From: Macrostomum lignano
Lineage: Eukaryota
NCBI GenBank assembly: GCA_002269645.1
Contig: NIVC01001880.1
Span: forward strand, 124,001-188,000
DNA: 64,000 bases
Direction of reading: 5' to 3'
The notes beneath the pieces are model-generated. The model ran no database searches. It was not told the origin of the DNA and was given only the letters and a program-made list of their open reading frames with translations. Shown here piece after piece: positions 50,843 to 62,892 of the stretch (positions are counted from its first letter, which is position 1; the number at the start of each line of letters is the position of its first letter). Made by a program: the position numbers and the translations under genes.

Positions 50843-52001
50843 TCGTTTTATTCAGCTACTCATAGACCAGATTTGACGGTACGCTAGCTGTTCGGGGGGA
50901 GTTTTAATTTGCTGTTTCATTGCTGTCATTGTTTGTCAATTGTAGCAAAAAAGATTGAAAGATATCTTTGCCTGAAAGACCGATCCGTCCATTTTTTCGG
51001 CCATAGACTGCGCATTGCAGTTTCTATTTTAATCTGCTTTCCCTTCCACATGCCGCCATAGAGACTCGTAGTACGGTATAGAATAAAACGATTGAACGAT
51101 TCGCAGTTAAAGTTGTGAAAAAGCAGAGCATCTACTATAGCATTTTATAGACTACGAGCAAGCAATTTAATCCTTGGAGCACCCATTTAAGCACTGAAAT
51201 CCACAAACAGCGCTGCCGTTCCACTCTCAGTTTTGTCAACATGTCAGACGAAAGTGACCAAGCCAGCACCATTTTGAAGACATCGACGGAATCGCTGCCG
51301 AAGATGCCGGAGCGCCACCTGCGCAATATGCTAAGATTATAGCGATGAAAAGCATAGATTGATATTTGACGCTATCGATAGAGGCCTTTTTTTCGTTAAG
51401 TGAACTTTTTTTGCTGAATCTTGTTCTACGTCGTAACTTTTTGATATGGAGCTTTCTGGTTGGTTTGGTTGGAGGCATGCGAAATAAATGAAAAGGCCCA
51501 GCAAGATAGTACCTTAACGAGCGCTCCAAGGATTAAATTGCCTGCCGATTTGACACATTTTTACCATAGACAACTAGCAGGGGGCTCAAAATGCATGTCT
51601 TTTTGCTATTTTGGATTAAATTGCTTTGTCGTAGTCTCTACTAGCTTGCAAAATGCTATTTTTTCAGCCATTTGTCTGCGCAGCATCACTTAATTTATTG
51701 TGTCAGCTAAAATTTCCTTCTCTTTCTCATTGTTTAGCAATTTGACGATTATTTTTTGCATCTTTTTATGCAGAACAATACCTGACTACAAACAATGCAT
51801 TGTTTTTAGAAGGATCGTCAAACAGAAAAACAATGCAAAGAATCAGCGGTCGCAGCACGTGACAACGATTTGTCTATGGCTCGCGCCGCACTGGGACCGC
51901 TGATTATTTATCCATTGTTTGCGGCCTCAGGTAGTTTGAATATGGGATTAAGATGAACATGAGTTTAATTCGAAGTACACAAGTGAAGGCAAGATGGATG
52001 A

Positions 52002-52312
52002 ACTCAGCCTAGGCGGGGGCAGACTAAATTTAGCCAATGAGAGAACAGTAAGGACAAAGGTCAAAGTCAGACGGACTAAAACTCAGCCTAGGGGGCAGAC
52101 CCAATAATCTAGCTTAGCCAATGAGAGAGCAGTAAGGACAGACGTCAAAGTCAGACGGACTAAAACTCAGCCTAGGGGGCAGACCCAATCTAGCTTAGCC
52201 AATGAGAGAGAAGTAAGGACAGACGTCAAAGTCAGACGGACTAAAACTCAGCCTAGGGGGCAGACCCAATCTAGCTTAGCCAATGAGAGAGCAGTAAGGA
52301 AAAGGTCAAAAT
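52002..52312. repeat. 79-84 bp tandem repeat, ~4 copies, upstream of the ENTPD-like remnant
   Basis: Unit ACTCAGCCTAGGGGGCAGACCCAATCTAGCTTAGCCAATGAGAGAG...GTCAGACGGACTAAA. Confidence 0.92.
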
Positions 52313-52485
52313 CTGACACAGCAAAAAGAAAGCTAAACATAGGGAGCTGGCATCAACCTTTTTCACTCTCAGTGTCTCACTTTTCATTAAATTTCTTTTT
52401 TATCATTACCCTCGTATGATGGTAAAAACCGCGAATTTTGCTACTTTGCTTTGACTACTTTTGCTAATTTTCGCTCAAGAGAGGA

Positions 52486-53146
52486 ATGAATCACTGCGAC
52501 AAAGTTGTCGGATTTGTGAGCGAGAAAAACAGCAAGAAAACAGACGTTGGAATCGCTTCCTTGATTCACTGCCATCGGAAGATCGACGAGCACTTGGATC
52601 CGCTGATAGACTTCGCGATAAGCCAGGTGCCGGAGGATCTGCAGCCGTTCACTCCAATCTTCTTGGCCGCCAGTGCGCGGCCTGACCAGAGACCAGCAGC
52701 AGCTGCTGATGCGCTGGGTGTCCGCTAAATTGAAGAAGTCCCCGTTTGCACTCGTCGCACCGTCTTCCGATCAGCCGCCTGGCTCGGCTGCTGCGTCCTT
52801 CGTGCTCAGTGAGAACGAGGAGGCCTACTACACCCTTCTGATGCTCCAACTAGTCGTAATGGGTTCAAAAGATTGGGCGGGTGGCATAATGTACCGAAGT
52901 TGGCAACAAAATTATCGATGCGCTTCGATCAAGATCGGCAATGAATCCACTCAAATCGCTGTAGTTAATAATTCCACGAGAGAGTTACCGCTGGTAAGCT
53001 GGAGGAGGGCTAATAAAGCAGACTTTTTCGTCGAAAGTTCAATGGGACTGGGCAAGTCTGCTGCAGCGCTGAGCATTCTTGGCTACAGAGACGGGCAGCA
53101 GCTCGAGGCTGAGTACAAGTCTTCATGCCTGAACCCGGATAGTTGA
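52486..53146 (+). pseudogene. GDA1/CD39 (ENTPD/apyrase)-like fragment, frameshifted and truncated
   Basis: HLDPLIDFAISQVP..TPIFLAAS, then a frame change near 52670 to RGL..QQ.LL; ACR3-like LSENEEAYY; ACR4-like KIGNESTQI; ESSMGLG; SCLNP. No ACR1 or ACR5 seen, and the ORF stops where a satellite begins. Confidence 0.7.
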
Positions 53147-53775
53147 CGGAATAGTTGACGGAATAGTTGACGGAAAAGTTGACGGAATAGTTGACGGAAA
53201 AGTTTACGGAATAGTTGACGGAGAAGTTGACAGAAAAGTTGACGGAGAAGTTGACGGAAAAGTTGACGGAATAGTTGACGGAAAAGTTGACGGAATAGTT
53301 GACGGAATAGTTGACGGAATAGCTGACGGAAAAGTTGATGGATAAAGTTATTATCCTACTAACACGAAAAGTTGACGGAATAGTTGACGGAATAGTTGAC
53401 AGAATAGTTGACGGAATGGTTGACGGAGAAGTTGACGGAGAAATTGACGGAATAGTTGACGGAGAAGTTGACGGAAAAGTTGACGGAATAGTTGACGGAA
53501 AAGTTGACGGAATAGTTGACGGAAAAGTTGACGGAATAGTTGACGGAAAAGTTGACGGAATAGTTGACGGAAAAGTTGACGGAATAGTTGACGGAATAGT
53601 TGACGGAGAAGTTGACGAAAAAGTTGACGGAATAGTTGACGGAAAAGTTGACGGAATAGCTGACGGAAAAGTTGATGGATAAAGTTATTATCCTACTAAC
53701 ACGAAAAGTTGACGGAATAGTTGACGGAATAGTTGACGGAAAAGTTAATGGAAAAGTTGACAGAAAAGTTGAGGG
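53139..53775. repeat. 12-bp minisatellite GTTGACGGAA(T/A)A with an internal higher-order duplication
   Basis: The spacer GATAAAGTTATTATCCTACTAACACGAAAA occurs twice, about 340 bp apart. Confidence 0.97.
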
Positions 53776-53909
53776 CCAAAGTTATTCTCGTTTCTTAAGT
53801 CCGGGGGGTGGGTAGTCAATCGTAGCGGAGCGGTCGTTAGCGGCACGGTCGTTCAAATGGTAGACACTGGAGCTTTTGGCGCCATAAAATTAATGCATTG
53901 ATTTGTTGA

Positions 53910-54055
53910 GCTTATTACTTTCAGTAGGGCAGTTGTTGCCACCACCGTAATTTTCGGATTACGGAATTGAAGGGTCTCAGAGCTTTCTTTGAGTTGAGAC
54001 TTGGTTGTTTTATGCCCCACGGGCAAATGATTCAAGATAGGCTATGGCTTACTTC
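53910..54055. repeat. Dispersed repeat segment homologous to 14880-15030
   Basis: Same shared blocks as described for 14880-15030. Confidence 0.6.
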
Positions 54056-56269
54056 AACGAATAAGTATTAATGATTAAATTGGTTGGGTATTTATTTATT
54101 AAAGCAGGTTTTACTAGCTTGCGAAGGCTATTAATAAATTGAAGTTAATTGCTACAGACGAAAGATGTCGCAGGCGCCGGTGCGCTAAATAAAACTAATA
54201 AGATAAAAGCTGATACGCTAAATTAACTGGAAAAGAAGGGGAGAGAGAGAAAAAGAAAAGGGAAAAGGCATGCAGAAAATTGAGCAGAGCAAGGTTATTT
54301 ATAGTAGACATATTTAATAATTCCAAGGCGTGGGGTCTAAGCTCGCCAAAACTAGGGCCACGCAATGGTTTATAATGAAACTAACAAGGAATTATACATA
54401 AAACGGTTAAAAACAACTGGTGATTTAACGTTGGGCCGGAAACTGGGAAACTAAACCTCAACCAGTGGTCCAAACTCGGGACCAGCAGGGGGAGGTGAGG
54501 TCATTGGCAAACCTCAGTTGACCACATGAGTTGGCGTTCACGGAAAATTAGCACGCATTTGAAAATTAGAAAAAATTAATTATTAAAAATAAATTGAAAA
54601 CTGTCCACTGGACAAATAGGCATTTTGTTATTTGTCTGGTTAAATTGATATTGCTAAAATATCTATTTCATAGAAACTACAAGGATAAATATTCCTAGAC
54701 TTTAAAGACTTCTATTTGTATCTTGATTATTATATTGTTATACTAGTGTGTGTGTTATATACCAAGTTATGCCAAACTAAATACACTGCTTTGCTTACAC
54801 TAGTATACAAGAAAATATTAATATGTATATAAGAAAAGGTCATAAAAATCTAGAATATTCATCACGAAACAAATAGATACTCGTGTTAGCAATTTAACTA
54901 GACAAATAGCAAAAAGGCTGGTCACCAGACAAATAACAACAGCCTTTAAGTAATTTTGTTTGCAATAATTTTCTATGCTATTAAATGTGTCTTAGAGTTT
55001 AAGTTTGTCTTTGCTTTTTGCTAGTCCCTATGGCTTGGTCATTAGCAAAAAGGAAGATAATTGAAACGGTAGGTCTTAAAAGAGAATAGGCTTATCTAGT
55101 GTTATAAAGCTTAAGTCGTTAAGATAGGCCTAATAAGATATTCATTAATGTTGTTAAAATAAAGCTCAAAAGCATAGTAGAAAGGTTGCCTTGGAGAACT
55201 CCTTTAGATATTGAGATTGGCTAGGTTTATTATAATTTTATTTTTTTAGAAAAAGCAAGTATTTATATATTTTTTTCAATGAGTATTATTTGATCTTTTA
55301 TTATAAAAGGTATAAGTTTATACCATGGTTGTTGATTTTGTGCCAAAAAGTAAGGTTGGTTTTAAGCTATGAATAGTTTTTTTATAATTAACAAATCTTA
55401 TGAAAAGTGTATCTTTGTTGGACATAGAATGGTTTATAATGATTGTTATAAAGATTAAAACATTGGTCAATTGTGCTATGGTAAGGCTTGAAACTATATT
55501 GGTATTTTGAAATTAGGTTGTTAGAGTCTAGAGTGGGCTAGGTTTTTTAGTCTAGATTTAATCATTTGGCAAAGAAGCTTGCCAAGAATAGGTTGCATAT
55601 AGATATCTTTATAATTGTTAGAGTTGGTATTGCTACCTTTGTTTTTGTAAATTAGGCAACATATATTGGTTATTCAACTAGTTAAAAACGTTTGTTGTTT
55701 GAATAGTTCATTGAAAAGTAAAACAGAAAGTTAGAAAGTGTTTTCCCAAGGTAGACTAGAAAGTTTCTACATCTCAATTATGACTTAGTGCTTTTTCTAT
55801 TTTGAGCTTTCTATTATTTTGTAACTTCTTCTTTGGTAAATAAAGCATTAAAAAGATCAGTTAGAGTTGGGTAGTCTAGGTGTAGATTTTAGGAAAGTAA
55901 TATTGCTACTCTGCTTAGTAACAAGGTTTTAAAAACATCTTACAAAATTATCATTAATTATTGAATTGTTGGAGTGGTTATATGATTTTAGTAGGTTCCA
56001 AAGCTGTTTTTTTATCATTTTGTATAAAGCCTAGATGTTTGTATTTTTTGCACAGAGAATAGATTCATGTTTCCAAGAGCATACATGTGCAACTGCTGGC
56101 CAAGCTGGCCAATCCGGCCACCGTAAATTGTGGTGGACCAGGGTAAGTCGCAAAATTGAGTTGACCAAAAACGAAAAAATGCAAGAGGAAAGAGCAATAT
56201 AGGGAAGTAAAATGGTGAAGCAAAAGAAAAACAAGTTGCAGCAGAAGCAAATTAAGTTGCACAAATGAT

Positions 56270-57063
56270 TAGGTAAGTCGCAAAAGGAGCAACTAAGTTG
56301 CAAAAAGGATTCGGTCAAGTCGCAAAAAGGATTAGGTAAGTCGCAAAAGGATTAGGTAAGTCGCAAAAGGGTTAGGTAAGTCGCAAAAAGGATTAGGTAA
56401 GTCGCAAAAGGATTAGGTAAGTCGCAAAAGGAGCAACTAAGTCGCAAAAAGGATTCGGTCAAGTCGCAAAAAGATTAGGTAAGTCGCAAAAAGATTAGGT
56501 AAGTCGCAAAAGGATTAGGTAAGTCACAAAAGGGTTAGGTAAGTCGCAAAAAGGATTAGGTAAGTCGCAAAAGGATTAGGTAAGTCGCAAAAGGAGCAAC
56601 TAAGTCGCAAAAGGATTAGGTAAGTCGCAAAAGGATTAGGTAAGTCGCAAAAGGAGCAACTAAGTCGCAAAAAGGATTAGGTAAGTCGCAAAAGGAGCAA
56701 CTAAGTCGCAAAAAGGATTAGGTCAAGTCGCAAAAAGGATTAGGTAAGTCGCAAAAGGATTAGGTAAGTCGCAAAAAGGATTAGGTCAAGTCGCAAAAAG
56801 GATTAGGTAAGTCGCAAAAGGATTAGGTAAGTCGCAAAAAGATTAGGTAAGACGCAAAAGGAGCAACTAAGTCGCAAAAAGGATTAGGTCAAGTCGCAAA
56901 AGGATTAGGTAAGTCGCAAAAAGGATTAGGTAAGTCGCAAAAGGATTAGATAAGTCGCAAAAAGGATTAGGTAAGTCGCAAAAAGGATTAGGTAAGTCGC
57001 AAAAAGGATTAGGTAAGTCGCAAAAGGGTTAGGTAAGTCGCAAAAGGAGCAACTAAGTCGCAA
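56270..57063. repeat. ~20-bp tandem repeat (AAGTCGCAAAAGGATTAGGT) with variant units
   Basis: About 40 direct repeats of AAGTCGCA separated by GGATTAGGT or GGAGCAACT. Confidence 0.95.
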
Positions 57064-57309
57064 TAAGAGGGAAGTAAGTCACAATCAGAGGCAATCAGGG
57101 GGTAGTAGGTGCAAGTGTGGCAGGAGAGCAAAAAAACAGAATAGAAGCCTTCAACCACAGACAAGATCTTTGAAATCAGCAGCCTATGTCAACAGTTTCC
57201 CATTGATTTCTTTAACTCCGGAGCAGGGGTCGGCAAAGTCCAGCTCGCGAAGCCCCTCTATCTGGCCCTCGCCCCTCGGGTTCTTTGAAACTTTCTAACT
57301 AGCAAGGTT

Positions 57310-58015
57310 GGTGTCTCTTCAACTCTCATCTCTCTCTTCTTCTCTACCTTGCCTCCCCTCTTCTCTCTCTCCCCTTTTCCCTCTTCTCTCTCCTTTCATT
57401 TTTACTCTCCTCTCTTCTCCCCTCTCCTTTCTCCCCTTTTCTCTCTACCCTTTCTCCTCAATGCCCTCTTCTCTCCTCTTATCTTCAGCAAAAATGTGTG
57501 CATATTTTCTTACTTCAAAGTAGAGGGAATAGAAGATTGGAGATAAGCAAACAGAGGAGAGGCGAGCGATGCAATGGGAGAAAAGATAGAAGATGAGAGA
57601 AAAGCTGAGGGAGGAGAGAGATGAGAGAGATGAGAGGAAAGAGGAAAGATATGATGATGGATGAGATCAGAAAAGAGAGGAAAGAGGAAAGAGGAGAGAA
57701 GAAAGGAGATAAGAGAGTAGACGAGAGAAGAGAGGATAAGGAGGAGATAAGAGGAGAGTGAAGAGAGGAGAAATAAGAGAGTAGAGAGGAGAGGAGAGAT
57801 GAGATGAGAGAGTTGAGTGGAGAGAGACGAGAGGAGAGATAAGATGAGAGAGTAGAGTGAAGTGGAGAGAGACGAGAGGAGAGATAAGAATGTAGGCAGG
57901 AGACAGAAGAGATAAGAGAGGAGGAAAGAGAGGAGAGAGGAGAGGAAAGAGAGAAGGGATGAGGGATGAGAGAGAAAAGAAAAAGAGGATGAGAAGATTG
58001 AGGAAAGGAGAGAAT
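57310..58015. repeat. CT-rich tract followed by a GA-rich tract
   Basis: Polypyrimidine at 57310-57490, then polypurine at 57520-58015. Confidence 0.9.
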
Positions 58016-59185
58016 TCGCAAAGGCCTCAAATCTTAATTTAACATGCATTTACTCCCATCCTTGTTTGCCTTTTTCCTAACTGTTAACAAGTTTTTGTTT
58101 GAGCATGACTTCAAATTTAAGAATCTATGCAAAATAGTTCCGGGAATTGGAATTCAGTGGTTTCAAAATCTGTGGGTTTTCACAGCTTGTATCTCTACTG
58201 GATTTGTATTCTGCATCTGATGAGCCATCTGAATCAGGGCTCTCATCTTCCATGCCAAATCGTCTAGCAAGTGAAATTATTCTTGAGCTATAGGCCACAC
58301 TGTATTCACTTCACTTACTTCTAGACATTCATGAATCATGACTTTTGTCTTTACATGTCTTTACTCATTGTCATCATTACTAATTGCCTCAGGCCGCCAT
58401 TATGATATACTGATTAGCTGAAATAAAAACCGCGAAATCTGCACTAATTAGCTGGCGAGGCATTTAGCCTTTAAAATATGGTCATAGTTACTCCTGCCGT
58501 TTACCCACAATTCTTTGTTTAGCTTTCTTACATAGGTAAGTCGCATTTTTGATCGAAAACTAAGTCGCACGGCCAGTGTAATTTCAGAAGTTGCGCATGT
58601 ATGTTCCAAGAGTATATCTTCTATAAGTATGCTTAGTAGCATTTCTTAAGGGTTTAAGAAAGGGCTCAATGTTAAACAGAGGTTTTTGTTTCTACTGTGA
58701 GTTTGCTTTGAATTTGCCTAACTTTCCTATAAAAGAAAGCTGGATTTTGCATGTCAATATTCAAGATTTTGTCCTCAAAAAATCTGAGAAACAATATGTT
58801 TTTCTTGTTGTGAGGTGGGTTTATTAATGTAATTAATTTATTATCTTTATTTTTGGTCTATTATCCAAGCTTTTTGAAGACATAAAATGCTTAAAAGTTG
58901 ACTCAGCTTCTAATAATTCAAGTTTAGGAATCATCACTGAGGTATAAAAGTCCCATAACATTCCAACTGCTAATAGTAAATTTTTGTTATTCTTTGTAAT
59001 ATTAAGTTCAATGAGTTTTGATTTGGTATTAGGTGCATAGCCAGGATTCACATCAGAAAGAAAGGTAGCTCTTACTTACTTACTTGACTTAGCTGCAGGG
59101 TGGTCCGTAGACACAGCGGGGAGGCGAGGGTCGCCCATTCCGCTAGCCCCTGAAGGCCCGCAGACAGGCAGAGGCGTGGGGCCGG

Positions 59186-62100
59186 TCAGGGTGGTCCGCC
59201 GGTCCGTCCTGCAGCGTGATCTTCCGTTGGGAAGAAACTGGCTCGTCTAGTCGCCCGAAGGAACTGGATGAGCCGTGGGATACTGTCGGGCTGGCAAACC
59301 TCGTCAATGGACGGGTTCGGCCCGAGGTAGCGTAGCCGGTCTCTGTTAAAGAAAGGGCAGTGACAGACAAAGTGCTGAGCATCTTCATTGTCGCACTCGC
59401 AAAAGGGGCAAATTTCGCTCTCGAGGTCGCCTCGGAGGAAGCAGTGCCTGGCGAGGTAGCCATGGCCGGTAAGGGTCATGACAAGGGCTCGAATATCCTT
59501 CCGATTCTGGTTCAGAAGGATGTTTCTGAGCCTGTGAGACGGGCAAGGAACCGCGGCACGAGATTGCCGGCAGTTTTGGGTGCCCGCCCATCTGTCCCTG
59601 TGGAGGGAGTCAGCCCAGTCGTCGATCTGACGATTGATGACTGTCAAGGGCATAGGGACCAGGGGGGCAGGGCCGAAAAAAGAGCCAGAGCCGCCCCTCT
59701 TGGCGAGGGTGTCTGCCAGCTCGTTCCCCGGAAACCCTGCGTGCCCTGGGATCCACTTCAGCCTGACAGTATTGCTTCTGGCCAGGAGGTTGAGCTGCCG
59801 GGCGCAGTCGGCGACTGTCCGGGAGTTCGTTGTGGTGTGGCAAAGGGCCTGTAAGGCCGCTTGGCTGTCGGAGTGGATGACAATAGTCTTTCCTCTCGTA
59901 ACCTTGGCGTTTAGCTCTGCAGCGCAAGAGCTGATGGCAAGGACTTCGTTCTGGAAGACTGTGGAGAGTCTACCAGTGTGCTGGGCATGCGTGGCAATTA
60001 CGCGGCCGTTGATGATGATGCAGACCCCAAAGCCGGCGCGACCGTCTTTGATGGATCCGTCCGTGTAGCAATGGACCTCCTGGAAATTCCAGTGGTCATT
60101 GGCAGCATCCCTAGAGGGGATGGTGACCTTGTAGCGCTGAAAGAGGTTGAGAGTGCGGGGTTCGCCGTCAGATAGGACGTGGAGCCCGCCGCTGTCTCTC
60201 AAGTCCTTGAGGCAGAGGTCAGCGTGGGGCAGAAGCTTGCGCTTAGCCATGGCCCTATGGGGCTGGATTCGAATGCCAGCGTCAGCTAGACGGCGGGCAG
60301 TCTTAGCCGCTTCCCTGCGGACAAAGATGTCCAGCGGAGGAATGTTGAGGAAGGCGTTGAGGCCATCGTAAGGAGCAGACGGAGGGGCGCTCATGATCGT
60401 GCGACAAGCGCGCCCTTGCGCTCTCCTGAGAGCCTCTAGACAGGTCTTTATCTGCAGGGCGCTAGCCCAGATCAGGCCGCCATACGAGATAGCGGGCCTA
60501 ACCATTGCAGTGTAGATCCACCAGAGGCGCTTGGGGGTGAGCCCCCAGGTGGTGCCGACGGCCCTGCGCAATTGCGCGAGGACTGCGAAGGCCTTTTTGG
60601 CTTTTGTTTGAACGTGGGGAGACCAGTTCAGCCTGTGGTCCAGGGTAATACCCAGACATTTAGTCTGCTTGCAGAAGGGGATTTCCCTTCTGTAAAGCGT
60701 GAGCGGCCGAATCTGCCACTTGGTCCTGCTGGTGAACATGATCGCTGCGGTCTTAGTCTCAGAGAGCCTTAAACCACAGCGGTCCGCCCATTGCTCAGCA
60801 GCGTAGATGAAGTTCTGAAGAAGGTCCCTGAGGGTATCAGGGGACGGACCAGATGCCACCGCGGTGACATCGTCCGCATATCCAACTTTCAGAATGGGGT
60901 CAGGCCGAACATCCCGGAGGAGCTCATCGATGACCATATTCCAGAGAACTGGAGACAGCACCCCACCTTGCGGGCTACCTTTGCAGACGGGGACCGTCCT
61001 CTGGTAGCCCAGCAGACTGGCGGTGGCCGTGCGATGGCTGATCATGTACATGATCCATCTGGTGAGATGTGAGTGCGTTAGCCTCTCACAAAGAGCTCTT
61101 CGGAACGCCTCAAAGAGGACGTTATCGAAGGCGCCAATGATGTCCAGGAAGATCCCCAGAGCAAAGCCACTACCAAGCACGGCCTTCTCGAGTTTATCGA
61201 CCAGGACGTGCAGCGCGCTTTCAGTGGAGCGACCCGCCCGAAAAGCGTGCTGGTTCTCGCTGAGAGGTTTGTTCTTCAGCTCAACAGAGAGAAGGCGCCA
61301 AAGCACCAGTCTCTCCATCAGCTTGACCAGGGAGGAGGTCAAGCTGATCGGTCTGAAGGATTTGATAGAATGGTAGTCCGGGCGGCCTGGCTTAGGGATA
61401 AAGATCACCTTTGCCTCGGTCCATGCCTGCGGGACATAACCAAGCGTGATGCATGCCCGAAGAAGGCTGCAAAGTTTGCGCAGGAAGCCTGGGCATTTAA
61501 CCGCCTCTCTTAGAAGGGCCGGTACAATGCCGTCGGGTCCTGGGGCTTTGAAAGGCTTGAAGGAATTTGCCGCTCTCACAATGCGGTCCTCCGTGATGAT
61601 AGATGCAGCCAGCGCGTGACCTCCCTCCGAGTGATCCGGAGTGGTCTGGTTAGCTGGCTCGTTAGGGAAAAACGCAGTGAGCATTACATCAAGCGTTTCC
61701 CCTGGGTTGTCCGTGGACGTACCGTCGGTGCGTTTGACCGAGGAGAGCTTAGACATTTTGTCCAGCGTGAGCGCTTTCACAACTCTGGAGGTGGGGCGTG
61801 AGCCCTCTAGCTCCTCACAGTATTGTCGCCATTTTTGAGCCTTTGCATTCCTAACCTGCCTTTTAAACTCATGAATTGCTTCATGATAGGCGGTTTGGTC
61901 TGCAGGGCTCTTAGTTTTAGTTGCTCTGCGGTGGAGTCTCTTAGCCCTGCGACGGAGGTTGCCGAGCTCGGGATTCCACCACGGCGCCGATTTTTTCCCT
62001 TTATAGGCTTTTAAAGGGCAGGACGCCTCAAAGGCGGCGGTTAGCGTCTCTGTCAAAACAGTCGCGCACTCATCCGCCTCTCGGCACGACGTGATCGTGA

Positions 62101-62890
62101 ATGGTTGGCCAGGAGACCGATGGAATTCCTTCAGGGCGAGCCCGAAGGTTTCCCAATCAGTATTTCTGGCGTTCCGTCTCCACATAACACGAGTTGCGCT
62201 ACGCGCGGCCATTAGGTTGAAGGAGATGAACTTGTGATCCGATAGTGAGGACACTGGAAGCACCCGCCACGCCCCAATACTCTGGTAGAGTCTGGGCGTT
62301 GCGAGCGTAGCGTCGATCACCTCCGACCACCGTCCGTTGTCAAAGGTAGGGGTGGACCCAGAGTTGCAGAACTCGAGGGTCGTAGAGGCAACGTAGGCTA
62401 GGAGGTCTTCGCCTCTCTGATTAATGCCAGTGCTGCCCCAGTGAGTGTGGTGGGCGTTGATGTCGCCGGCAACCATGAGCTCGTAGTTTTTGGCAGAGCA
62501 GAGCTCTACCAGCGTAGCGAGGGCTCTGGGGACGACCGCAGCATCGCCTGGTAGGTAAACCGAGGCAATGAGGGTGGTCTTCCCAGGAAGAAGGTCCTCG
62601 GATTGGATGACGCAGATGTCCCTGTTGGACAGGTCCGATCTGAGCCACGCACTGAGCGTTTTGCTCGCAAAGATGCAAGCTCTGGGAGGCTGGTTGGCCT
62701 CGCGAGGGTAAGTATAAAAACAATTGTAGCCAGCAGGGGCGTTTTGAGGCTTACCTCTGAGAGTCCAGGGTTCCTGGACGAGGATGAGCCCCGGCTTGTC
62801 GAGCTCGGCGTAACGCATAAGGTTGACCGAGGCTGCGACGCAGTGCTGCAGATTAATCTGCAGGCAATGGATTCCCTGGTTGCTGATCAT
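59186..62890 (-). CDS. LINE ORF2: AP endonuclease, reverse transcriptase, RNase H, CCHC knuckle (1234 aa from the ATG)
   Basis: QINLQH, LVQEP, GDINAHH..WGS, SDH, KAPGPDGI, FLDIIGAFD, GSPQGGVLSP, YADD, YTDGS..G, SDSQAAL, WIPGHAG..GNELAD and CPFC..HFVCHC. The first ATG is at 62890; the track start at 62896 is a GTG. Confidence 0.95.
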   Translation of the reverse strand: MISNQGIHCLQINLQHCVAASVNLMRYAELDKPGLILVQEPWTLRGKPQNAPAGYNCFYTYPREANQPPRACIFASKTLSAWLRSDLSNRDICVIQSEDLLPGKTTLIASVYLPGDAAVVPRALATLVELCSAKNYELMVAGDINAHHTHWGSTGINQRGEDLLAYVASTTLEFCNSGSTPTFDNGRWSEVIDATLATPRLYQSIGAWRVLPVSSLSDHKFISFNLMAARSATRVMWRRNARNTDWETFGLALKEFHRSPGQPFTITSCREADECATVLTETLTAAFEASCPLKAYKGKKSAPWWNPELGNLRRRAKRLHRRATKTKSPADQTAYHEAIHEFKRQVRNAKAQKWRQYCEELEGSRPTSRVVKALTLDKMSKLSSVKRTDGTSTDNPGETLDVMLTAFFPNEPANQTTPDHSEGGHALAASIITEDRIVRAANSFKPFKAPGPDGIVPALLREAVKCPGFLRKLCSLLRACITLGYVPQAWTEAKVIFIPKPGRPDYHSIKSFRPISLTSSLVKLMERLVLWRLLSVELKNKPLSENQHAFRAGRSTESALHVLVDKLEKAVLGSGFALGIFLDIIGAFDNVLFEAFRRALCERLTHSHLTRWIMYMISHRTATASLLGYQRTVPVCKGSPQGGVLSPVLWNMVIDELLRDVRPDPILKVGYADDVTAVASGPSPDTLRDLLQNFIYAAEQWADRCGLRLSETKTAAIMFTSRTKWQIRPLTLYRREIPFCKQTKCLGITLDHRLNWSPHVQTKAKKAFAVLAQLRRAVGTTWGLTPKRLWWIYTAMVRPAISYGGLIWASALQIKTCLEALRRAQGRACRTIMSAPPSAPYDGLNAFLNIPPLDIFVRREAAKTARRLADAGIRIQPHRAMAKRKLLPHADLCLKDLRDSGGLHVLSDGEPRTLNLFQRYKVTIPSRDAANDHWNFQEVHCYTDGSIKDGRAGFGVCIIINGRVIATHAQHTGRLSTVFQNEVLAISSCAAELNAKVTRGKTIVIHSDSQAALQALCHTTTNSRTVADCARQLNLLARSNTVRLKWIPGHAGFPGNELADTLAKRGGSGSFFGPAPLVPMPLTVINRQIDDWADSLHRDRWAGTQNCRQSRAAVPCPSHRLRNILLNQNRKDIRALVMTLTGHGYLARHCFLRGDLESEICPFCECDNEDAQHFVCHCPFFNRDRLRYLGPNPSIDEVCQPDSIPRLIQFLRATRRASFFPTEDHAAGRTGGPP

Positions 62891-62892
62891 TA

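Noticed and set aside
51236-51342. Short frames (plus MSDESDQASTILK...; minus VALRHLRQRFRRCLQ...)
   Set aside because: Too short and unsupported by partner exons. The region carries CCATAGAC motifs that suggest a transposon relic.
53335-53682. VDGIVDGK repeat ORF
   Set aside because: It lies wholly within a 12-bp satellite and has no unique coding context.
56270-57063. CRISPR-like appearance of regular repeats (also 26174-26497 and 23484-23689)
   Set aside because: There are no unique spacers and no cas genes, and the context is eukaryotic.
58218-58252. CTGATGAG followed by a hairpin
   Set aside because: No GAAA follows the stem, so it is not a hammerhead.
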